A stretch of DNA of 64,000 nt from Ginglymostoma cirratum (Eukaryota): NCBI GenBank assembly GCA_024137785.1, contig JAHRHZ010000062.1, positions 27,390,244-27,454,243 on the forward strand. The letters run 5' to 3'. The translations under genes were made by a program, and so were the position numbers. The notes under the pieces were generated by a model that made no database searches, was not told the DNA's origin, and saw only the letters and a program-made list of their open reading frames with translations. Below, piece after piece: positions 39,964-51,310 of the stretch; positions within the stretch are counted from its first letter, which is position 1, and the number at the start of each line of letters is the position of its first letter.

Positions 39964-42900
39964 AGGATGTTTTAAAGTGTTATGAGCACTGGATATAAAT
40001 GATATTTTTTATCACTTCTGACTAATGTGAAACTGTTGTAAGAGATACTACATGAACAAAATGTCACCTGTTCCGACTCGTGTGGGCCTGCCTCACAGTT
40101 GCCAGATTTGAGTCATTTTATGTCTAGTAACTTTATTTATGCAAAAAAAATGTTATGTATGAATACTTTGTTTTAGCTCCTGCCCAGTGTCCCTTTCTCC
40201 CTCACTCCTGTCATCCTTCCTTACCCTGAATTTTTTACATCTTCCTTTCCTCTCTCGCCAACCAACCCCACAAACATTCTTCATTTTCTGTATGACCGCT
40301 GATTGGCTAAACAGACATTGCCAAGCTCATTATTTTTTATTAAATGGTCATAATTATTTCTTTGTAAATTGCATTTTAAGGTTGACTAGATCAAATAAAT
40401 GTTTGTGTAATATTTATTAGCCGAATTCAGGCTCTAAAATATCACTGCAGAGTTATTCAACCAAGACAATCAGAAAAGGAAATAATACGAATTTACTTAA
40501 ATTGGAGCTTAAAACAAAGTTACAACAAAAAAAAATCCACCATCTCATTTTAGATTTTTTTAAAATTGTAAATATAACATAGGAAATAGAATTCTATTTT
40601 TGTTCATGATACATAGTGAAATATAAGTTATGTATTTACTGTTTTGTTATACATCATTGTATGTTGGTCCACATTTTTAAATGCTGACAAATCGCTGTAC
40701 CTCATGTAGATGCTGAACTCACACCCGCAATGATATAACAGTATTGGACCTTTAGCTGAGGCGTTCAGACACCTTGCTTGTGGTCAATTTCTCATGTTTT
40801 TGTATTGTAATTATTATTATTAAGGATATATATATAGCGTTACAGTTAGTAATGTGCAGAGTAGGGAAATAATTTTATTTAAAGAGAAAAAAAAATCACT
40901 TTTTGAATCATTGTACTGTGCCCATTTCATGGTAGGAAAAAAAAACAAACAAACAATCAGACAAAATTTGTAATTTCTTTTTATGTATTCACCTTTTCCT
41001 TCTGTGTAAAAGTAAGGTTATCAACCTGGGGTTGGTCAGTTGGGGGTGGGGGGAGGGTTTGTGGAAATCAAACATTGTCCCATTCGCTCTAAGTCACTTC
41101 CCAAAGTGAGTTGTGATTATGGGATTGTGATAGCCAGCAACTCACTTTTAACTGTTTCTAAGTGGCATGATGGTGTTGATGAATTAGCAAGTCCTGGCAC
41201 AATGACATGTAGCAATATGCGCCAACAGAGTCAGGAATATAACAACGAGCACCAGATGGTAATGAGATACAAGATAAGCAGGGAACATGACAAATAGAAG
41301 AGGCTCTCACTTGATGCCACTGGTTCAACCAGTTAAGTCAATCTTACCTCAGTTGTATTTAAATAATAATTGGCCTCAATATTCATAGCTTTTGTGGCGT
41401 AAGTAAATTAGTTTGGAACTTTTCAGGTGGCTGCAGCCATGAAGCAAATTGCCTTTCCAATTTTAGATCATTGCTTGCAAATATCATGCAAAGGCAGGCA
41501 TGTCAGCAAACCTTGTCTCATTGTTATTGAATAAGATACTTTTTAAAAAAAAGTTTCCTTAATTATCTCACACAGAAGAAAGGTAATGATTATTGTGAAA
41601 GGGGCAATGCCTTCCTTTAGAGTGTTTGACAAGCCTTTATTTGGAAAGGGGAAAATACCAAGAGCTGTGCATCATTTTCAACATGTGCAATTAACATTTT
41701 TGACTTTCTTCTTTGTGTCATGTGTTACATTAAATGGAAAATAAGTTTGCCAAACACTTCCTTTTCCTAAATTTGGGTGATTATTATGTCTGATTATTTC
41801 ATGCATCAGCAAAGCAGATGGGATCTGAATAAAAATGGGCAATTGTGACTGCAGCAAATTCACCCAAATCTGGCAGAAGTACTTAAGTATATGTTTAAAA
41901 TATGTGTATAACACGCAGGAGATAGTCCTGATTCCTAGATTAGTAGCTGCACTTTTTGTGATGCCACATGTAGTAGGGTGGAGTAAGCAATGATGCAAAG
42001 GTTGTTGTGCATTGAGAGCAACACCCTTCCTGGAAACTACCATTCTTAACAGTTCAGTGATAATTTCCCAGGCTGTGGCATCGTTTAAAACAAAACATAT
42101 GTTGCATTAGTTGTTCTGTTTTAGAAAATAATAATTTTACCCAATAACTTGATCTGCCATATGCATTAGTCTCAAATTTGACCCCAGTGTCAAAATGATT
42201 TGAGTATGTTTTTTCTACGTTTAACGCAGTATTGATAATGTGGAGTCCTTGCAGCAAACCAGTCATGTGGTTAACTGTGGAGTGACAAAGTGTATTTACT
42301 TTTTGGTGAATGCAGTTAGGACTTGTTCCTAAATTTCACCCACCCTTCTTCCCCTGTAATTGTCACAAGCCAGCAAACATGCCCGGCTTCTGTGAAACAC
42401 ACAAGCGAGGTGTTTGCCGCTTTTGGGAGTATGGGGAAATGTGCAAATAACATTTTTTTTGTATCCTGCACACTGCAGCCTTGCTATGTGTATCTGCTGT
42501 TTATCTTTGTCACTTGTGTTCTGTGCTGGAGCGTGCAATTTTATAAAATGGCCCGCTCTCAGCTTTAAGAAGAGTAACAGGAGTTCTTATATCATTTTGG
42601 TTCATTCATTAAGTATTTGCCTTTTTTTTTGTTGAAAAACTACAATTAAGACACGCTTATAAGCTGTTCCTACATAGCTTCTTACTGTAACCTTTGTCTT
42701 CCAGCATTGGAAGCTATATTTTTCATTGTGATGTATATTGTGATGTTGTTTTCCATGTTAATTTAATCAGCACAATTCACTGACTTGCTGGACTGACATG
42801 CTAGCTGCTGGTAAAGAGTAAGAGGTTTGATTAAGTTTTATTTTGTTTAAGCGCACGTATGACTGACAACCTGGACTCTTGACACCATGGTACTATCTAA

Positions 42901-43769
42901 TCTTTTGTCCCAATTGCAACACTGTGTGTGGCTCTTAAGAAAAAGGGCTGCTCCACATGTGTCTTGTACAGCAGAATTTAATAATTTAATTTTTTTTAAA
43001 AAGTTCAACTTCTCCATATTTTGAATTTATAACAATGCAGATACCTGGGCCCACAGCAGGTAAATGTTTGGATGTTTAGAAAAATAGTGTCTGCTGCTGC
43101 TTTGAAAATGTTAGAAGTCTGACAAAATGTAAATAATTTATCAAAAAAAAGAAAAAAAAAGACTTGTACAGTCTCGTGTAAAGTTTGTAATTGAACATAA
43201 AAAGAAACTCCATCACATGTTCCTGATATTCTGCTCTTAATACAGTACAAAAGACAACTTGTTTGCAAAAGATGATGTGCAACCTTCTTGATTATGTTCA
43301 ATGTCCTACTGTCACTTTTTTCCCTGCTTGGCATTATTCATAATGTAAACCAGCCTTTATTTTCTGCAGTATTGACGTGAGGTAAAGAAAAGAAATAATT
43401 AGGGTTAAATTTACTTTAGCGGTACTAGTAGTCTGACCTTCTCTGCCTCCATTATATTTGAAATAATAAAAAAAAATGTTGAAAACACCAGTCAAAAGAC
43501 ACCAACCTGTTATTTTCTGGCGTTTACAGGCACCTTATCATTATGTACAATTTCAAAAAAAAAAAGGCCTTTTGCACAAGGTGGTATTACAGACTCTGGG
43601 TAATAATGCCATCTTCTTATTGTTACAAATAATGGATATGATAAGACAGGGATTTGGGGCCTTATGGGGAGTGGCTCTGAGACTGCCTGAGTTCATTTTA
43701 CCTCAACTGTCCTTCTCTCTCCTTCTATATATATACATATATATATATATTCACCATCACTCCATCTTT

Positions 43770-43830
43770 TGTACTGCTGTTGACACTTAATTAAAGATAA
43801 ATTTTGTTTTATGATGCTTGTGTTTCTTCT
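43770..43830 (+). terminator. Candidate distal polyadenylation site
   Basis: TGTA at 43770, ATTAAA at 43790-43795, GU/U-rich tgcttgtgtttct downstream; TE-rich DNA resumes at ~44400. A further AATAAA lies at 43465-43470. Confidence 0.55.
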
Positions 43831-44394
43831 ATGATTTATTGAGTGAGTAAATTGTTCTTTGAATTTAAAAGTAAACTTGGAGTAAGTTAACTTACTAGCT
43901 CATTTATTCAGATTCGTTTGGAAATTGCCTCAATGTAGATAAGAAAAATGTTTATCTGCAGAACAAAGAATCAATGAAACAGCAGACAATTTTGACGCAA
44001 ATTTTAAACATTTCGGTTGCAACTTGTCTTTTTTTCAAATGCATGGAAACAGATCAGGTCTCATTTCTAGATTTGCTAAATGTGGAGAATGAATCTAGGG
44101 CCTAATCCAGTTTTCGAGTATGTTTCCCAACATTTCTGCATTTGTAGGGCACTCTTTCTAATAATACATGAGTAATACATGAAGCATTTTAACAAGGAGT
44201 AGAGCATTTATCGTTGAGCAAAATCTTTTGGGACGAGACTATATGCAAAGTCTGAAAATTTTAAAGAGAGAGTAAGTGAGGTAGCACAGCTAAGTGGTTA
44301 TATGAGAGAATTATAGAGGAGAGGTTCATAGTCACTGTAAGATTGCTACATCCACGAAACCACTGGAAACAAAAAAAAAGGAATAATCACAGAA

Positions 44395-44960
44395 GGTGTA
44401 AATAAAAGTAGGGAGATTATACTTCAGTTATGCAGGGCATTGATGATGTTGTATTGGTGTACTCTGTACAGTACTGGATACTATACATATGGAAGGATGT
44501 TGATGCGGTGGAAGCAGTTCAGAGAAGTTTTACAAGACTAATCACTGGAATGAGTGGATTGACTTATGAGGAAATGCTATGCACCCCGGAGTTTAGAAGA
44601 GTCAGATGTGATTTAGTTGAAACTCGTGAGATCCTGACGGGACATAACCAGGTGGATTTTGAAATGAGGGAAAATATAGAGCTGGGGGGTGCCCGTTTAA
44701 AACAGAGATGACAAAACATTTTTTTTTCCTCTCAGAGCATTGGTAGTCTTTGGAATTCCCTTCTTGAAAAGATAGTGGAGACAGACCCTTTAAATATTTT
44801 TAAGGCATGGGTTGGATACATTCTTGATTGCCAAGGTGATGAAAGATTGTCAGGAATTGCAGGAATGTAGAACTGTATTAAAAACATGTTATCCATGATA
44901 TAATTGAATGGTGGAGCAGACTTGAAGGGTGAGTGGGCTACTCCTCTTCCTTGTTCATAC
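44395..44960 (+). mobile_element. CR1 LINE 3' portion
   Basis: ORF 44430..44711 YSVQYW...KDVDAVEAVQRSFTRLITGMSGLTYEE; 3'UTR-like gaatggtggagcagacttgaaggg...ctactcct. Confidence 0.9.
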
Positions 44961-47900
44961 AGGAGGCAGAACATAAAAGAGAGACAGAGAGCAGAAATGA
45001 ATGGCTGTGCCAGGAGGCCCATGCACAGCTGGAAAACTGATGGCAGTTCTGCCACAGCCATTATCGGAAGGCCTGATGAGTTGGATTCAGCACCAATCTG
45101 CCTACCATCAGACTTCCTGTCTTCCAAGCATGTAATTTCACCACCCGTCTCCTCCCAGAAATCCTGCTACACAATGATGTTTTACCTCTAAGGGCTGCCA
45201 GCTTTCCAGTGTTGGCACTAAAGGAAGATTATGTTGAACTCAAAATATTAGTTGTTTCTCTCTCCGTTGTTGTGGCCAAGCGGTCCTGAACTTCTCTGGC
45301 ACTTTCTATTTTAACTGCAATATATATTTGTGTGAAATTAAGAAAATAAGACAGGAAAATGAATGATCTTTGCTCTTTGAAAGTAAACAAGACTCTGAAA
45401 TATAAATCAATGTTTTTTTCTGTCTTACCTAACATCTGATGAACTTTGAGCTTTCTGTTAATAGAAGCAGACCAGTATCAAAGGAGCCATGTTGCCTCAT
45501 TGCATTTAAATATTGCTGCCTCTTGACTAACATCAATTACTCTCTGCTTCAATCTCATTTCCTTGTCTCCTGTTACATTCTTCCTTTTGATGATGATTTA
45601 ATCTCTGTTCTAACAATCACCACAATTGCAAAGTCTAATTACTCTATGTTTGGAAAAGGTCCCCTATCTCCCCATTTTAATGTTCGTTTGGTAATCATAA
45701 CTCTTTACCAATCTACCAACGCATGGAAACAAAAGCTCCCTGTTGCCCTGTCAAAAACCTACATGTTCACTAGTCATAGATGTTTTCACAACTGGCAAAT
45801 TTAACTGAGGATTTCTTAAAATCTGCTTTGAGATCATTTTCATACATAAATGAGATTATCTTAGCCAGTGCTGCCTTAAATGCAGATGCCCCCACATAGT
45901 AACAAAACACAAGCCCCCTTCCTTCCTCACCACACACTCAACACAAGACCAATTCTCAGAAAGAGAAGGGAGACCACCGCTGGAGAGGACTAGTGGTTCA
46001 AATGGAATTCACCAAGAATGTTCAATTAGTTCCTCCTGCTAGCCTTCCCTACATTTTGTATACTTTCACCTTCCCCTTACAACCTTTGTTGATGGTGCTG
46101 CAATTCCCAAAGAGCAAAATAAGCAACAGTGTGAAGACAACCGAAATCAAGACAGTGTTGTGCAACATATCAGCCTGTGTAACCAATATCTCATAACTCT
46201 AGACTGAGCCCCCAACAAATTTTACCAAGACCAAGTGGTCATTGAAAGGTTGTAGCCAGCAACTCAGCCCCTTTCCCTTGTCCAACTCCTTAAGTTTCCC
46301 TCCCAGATAAAAACTAGACCTTAGTTTGTAACAATAAAGAATAACTACCTAGTTCTGACCCAAGATGATTTTAAGCAGGGCAGATGACAAACCATGAAGG
46401 ATTTCAAGAGTGGTTGTCTGATTATATAGGGCAAACTCAAATCAGTTAAAATTAAGTCTTTTACTAGCCGCTCTAATTAATACATTCTCAGTATAAAACT
46501 GTAATTATAGGATATTTTTCTTCATAGTTAAAACTCTTGAAAGCTGTTGTATATTTTTACAGATGAAAATAATTAGGGAAATTAGCATGATAATTTACAG
46601 AAATCTTGATTCACTGAAAGTTAAGTGGCAAACCTGCCTTAGACAATGTACTATGGTTAGCCACAAATTTGGATAGCTTCGTCCTCCCAGCTCCCCAGCT
46701 CCCCCCCCTCCACCCCTGCCTCATTCCATCAGTCAGAGCGACAAGCAATCTGGTCTAAATTCCAAAGGACTTTATATTGTCTAATCTCTTCTTGGAGAAG
46801 TCTATTCTAGAACCATTGACCTTACCATTTTGCTCCATCTGCTTTTACTTTTCCCCCACTCATTCTCTGTTTTAGAAGGACCGCAATGCTGAATTTTTAA
46901 CTTTATTTTTCTAATTTACCCCTAAGATTTTCTACCTAGGCACCTTTGTACCTAAGGTGGCACTGGAAATGGTGACTTTGTGCACTTTTCACTGTACTCA
47001 TGTATCCCCGTACTTGAGTATATGTGACAAGAAAACCTATTTCTAACAAAACCTAATAATAATTCATTCTTTGCCATTACTGCTCAAAAGTGGCATTGCA
47101 AATCACTTCCTAAAAGAACAACACAAGCAGTAAGGATTAGATCAAATTGTAGTGTCAGAATTAGGGAGAAATTGACTATATTTTCCTTAAATAATTTGTA
47201 GATAACACATTAAATTAAAAACCTGCAGCAGCAAAAGCATCCCTCCAAATCTAGCTGTATTTGTGCACATACCTGGTGAACAAAATAAATCTCTGAAATA
47301 AATAGTCCATCTACTCAAGATGATAATGTAAAAAGTCGTTTCAAACATCAACAAAGCAGCAGGGTGAAATGACAAGACTGAAAGTTGTAACTACAAGACC
47401 ACAGGGAGTAGTATCAAGTTTGGATAGCACCACCACAAGATCAAGGATAAAGGTACTACTGAACTGCATCAGGAAATTTGCAGAACGAGGCATGGGAAAG
47501 TAATAATAATTTTGAAACATTTAAAACAGGAAAACAAACAATTGCTATCACACCACACAATGAAACATTGGTGCAAGTGACACAAGAATCAGAATGGCAT
47601 GTTGGATAATCAGACCAGGGATTAGGGGCTGGTGGAGTCCTTAACCCCTTGAAGCCAACAGTAAATATTTAGCCAAAGTTCCAAGGTAAAGGCAGTTCAT
47701 AGAAACCAAAAGGTCCCAGCTTATATTCCTGGTCTGTTTTGAGTTGATGGATTTCAACAAGTGGCCAGTGATCTGACATCTCCCGAGCTCAGAAGAAAAA
47801 CATTCCAAGGCTTCTGCTGTCAATTGCTAGCTACTGACAGCCCAAAGAAAGTATGAATGTATGGTCGTCGGATAAAATGGGGATTCAGCTTGATTGAACT

Positions 47901-48139
47901 TCTGAAGGTATCACAATCTCTTGTAGGGCAATTCATTGAAAAAGTTAAAAATGGAGACTGACCATTTTGGTAATGTATAGAAGTTAATACCACAGAACCG
48001 TATAATATCAAGGAGCTAACAGAAGTCATTTTCATTCGGGAATTCTATTTTACAATGTGGAACTAGGATACGTGATACAGGTTCAAATAAGTAAAAGATA
48101 ATTTTAGGGCTTTTATCAGAAGCTTCCATTTCATGGGTA

Positions 48140-49500
48140 GATCATTAGGTGTAGGAACAGAAGTAGGCCATTCAGCCCATCAAGTCTTCTCTGCTTTTCA
48201 ATGAGATCATGGCCGATCTGATACTCTTCAACTCAACTTTCTTGCCTTTTCCCCATAACCCTTCATCCCCTTCCTAATTAAAAATCTGTCTATTTCAGCC
48301 TTGAATATAATTAATGATTCAGCCTTGACAGCACACTGTGGTAAAAGATTCCACATATTCACAACTTTCTGAGAGAAGAAATTCTTCTTCATTTCTGTCT
48401 TAAACATGCAACCTCTTCTTTCTCACTAGAATATATTTTTGCTATGAGCCATGAGTTACTTTCTTAAATGTCTGCCATTGTTCTGCAACCATCTTTGCCA
48501 ATAAACTCCTTTCTTAGTCCACTGCAGCCAGTTCTGCCCTCATTTCTTTGTAATTATCTTTATTTAAATTCAGCACAGTTGTTTCTGACCCAATTTCATC
48601 TCTCTCAAATTGAAATCAAAATTCTACCATGTTATGGTCCTTGATTCCAAGGGAATCTTTCACATCATTTATGAAACCTGCCTCATTACACATCACCGGA
48701 TCCAAAATAGCCTGATCCCCAGTTGAATCCATATAGATGTAACAGAATTCCAGGCAGAGTAATGGAATGACTAAATATTTTTAAGATAGGGACCCTAAAA
48801 AAAAATTCAAAATTCATTCCCCTTACGATTGCAGCACAGTTCTAGGAAACTGTCCTGAATACACATTATAAGTTGTGCCTGATGGCTTCCTCTGTCAATT
48901 TGCCTAACCCAATCTATATGAAGGTTAAAATCACCCATGATTAATACACTCACCTTAGTTACATGCCTTCATTATCTCCTGATTTATTCCCTGTCCCACC
49001 ATATTGTTATTGTTAGGGGGCCTATAGACTACTCCTACCAGTGTCGTCTTCCTCTTTTACTTCTTAACACCATTCATATTGATTCTACATTTTCTGATTC
49101 AAGATCATTTCTTGCTATTGTACTTATTCCATTCCATATCAACAATACAACCACACCACCCTTCCCTTCATGTCTGTCCTTTTGACAACTTACATACTCC
49201 TGCATGCTTAGTTCTCAATTTTGAAATCCCTGCAACCATAATCTCCATAATGGCTATAAAATCATACCTGTCAACTCATATTTTTGCAATTTTGTTCTGA
49301 ATACTACGAGCATTCAAGTAAAGAGCCATCAAGTTTTTCTTTTTGAATTTTTCCCCCCTTTTGAACTTATTCACAGCTATTTTCATATGTTTGTAATTCT
49401 GTTTCTTCCTGTCCCACTGGGTATCATTATCCACATGATTTCCTTTGGGAAGCCAGCCAATTGCCTTCTCATCCACAATCTTCCTCCCCCCCACCACATT
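48140..49500 (-). mobile_element. CR1 LINE relic: 3' end joined to endonuclease region
   Basis: 3' tail taggaacagaagtaggccattcagccc at 48150; ORF 49276..49503 LMALYLNARSIQNKI is the CR1 endonuclease N-terminus. Confidence 0.8.
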
Positions 49501-51310
49501 CATCCAAACACCTTAGCGTAATGAGAAGATGGGTGTCAAATTTTTATAGCCAATCAGCCAATTTTTTAAAAAAAAGATAATCAATAGAAAATTGAGCTTC
49601 ATAACACATTTATTGCCCTAATTATTATGCTGAACACACTGTAAAATGTTTGGCACAGGTGGGAAGACAAGATTCAGAAGTCCAAATAAAACTTGGGGAA
49701 AAGAGAGAGAAGAAAAGGGGGCCTATCTTTTGGGAGGTAACCTGTATGTAATGGGGGCACTACTCCAACACCGAAGATCCTCCCTTTGTACCTTCTCATC
49801 TGAACCTTCAAACCTCTCCTCACCACTACCCTAGAGTCCCTGATCTAATCCCACTCTAAAAGCCCAGGACTACCTTAGTCTAAGTCCTCAGTGTCCCATC
49901 ACCTCTTTGTGAATTTATTAGCAGTCCCAAACAGCAACCACTGCTGCGTTCTGGCTGTATTTTCCTGTGTAGAACTGTCAGTGAATCACATTTGTCAGTA
50001 GCAGTCAAGGCAGGACTCCTTCCCATTGAGTAATGAGTCATTGCAGCAGGATAACTGGTCAGTGTTTCCTTCTCGGATGGACAACCTCCCCATTAATTCA
50101 GAGCATAGACTCTCTACTAAAAGAGCTACTTATGCAGCAAATAGGTTCCACATACTGATAGTTGATTTGGATTTAATCAATCTTGTTGCAGCAGCAGGGA
50201 AGAAAAACTTACTGTCACCGAGTTGCTTTGGTTGCAATTCATTCTGTTTTGGAAGACTGTACTAAAGTATACTATTTATAACATCTTCCCAATGCATCAC
50301 CAAATACTGTCCTCAAACAAAATTCCTTATACTGTTTGCTCTAGTCTCAATAGGACTTGTGAATTTGCCACGATAAGAACATTGCTGCTTTATGAAGACT
50401 TAAGTCAGCAGCTGGAAGCACACAAACAGACATGCCTTCAGTTGTGGAGACAGCAGCAGAGTAAATACAGGATTCAATAAGAAAAACTTCACATCAGAGC
50501 CAGTAAGAGGCAGATGAGAAAGAGGGTGTGAGCTAGGAAGTGAGTTAAAAACAAGTCACACTGAGTAGTGACAGAGTTCATTGAGAAGTAGAAGCTTTGA
50601 GGGCAATTTGGAGCCCTGAGACAAAAGTTAGAAATCTCCATAGAAAAGGAACAACAACATAAAAAACAGGGAAGGAAAGAAGATGACAAAGAAAATACAT
50701 ACCCTTCAAATTGTACATTGCTGCTATTGCGAGGAGGCTCCATGTCTCATTGCTTCAATAGATAGAGCATAAGGACTAGAGAATTAATTTATATTGAGGC
50801 TACAGTACCAGAAAGGTCACAGAATGCATTTAAAGGGGATGAAAGGGCAATTTAAAAGTATTTCAAAGCAAGAGGTAGTTAGAAAAAGAATTATAATAAA
50901 ACACAATTTAAGCCACAATTTTGATGGGAATGTTTATACAGGTCACAGCCACAGAGTTTATTTAAAACATTTTGCAAAGGTGGATGCATTATATTTCAGT
51001 TGGGAGAGGCAAGAAAATGTCCTATTTACCTGTGAAAAGTGGGAAGATTCAATTTAGGTTGTAGAAAGTGGAAACAATTCCATAATGTGATAAATCACTA
51101 TTTTGATAGCAGGATAGGCAGAAAAAGTCCCAGTAAGCAGTACAAGGGTACAGTTTTGCAACAAAAAATAATTTTACTTTTAAAAGAAGTAATACACTAC
51201 AGCACTTGCATAATTCAGTGCAAGATTTTGAAAACATAACTAATATTTAGGGTTACTATATCACCTTGAAGTAACATTTTATGATTTAGCCTTAGCTTAG
51301 TTCTTACACC

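Larger units (their letters stand above)
38212..40959 (+). promoter_or_regulatory. Three miR-219-5p seed matches
   Basis: GACAATC 38212, GACAATCA 40465, ACAATCA 40953; seed GAUUGUC. Confidence 0.65.
37547..43815 (+). other. SOX6: Probable long (~6.25 kb) SOX6 3'UTR
   Basis: Follows the stop codon; AU-rich, no recognisable TE, rich in miRNA seed matches and TGTA motifs; ends in a poly(A)-site-like arrangement. Mammalian SOX6 is known to have a multi-kb 3'UTR. The 3' end is inferred. Confidence 0.7.
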
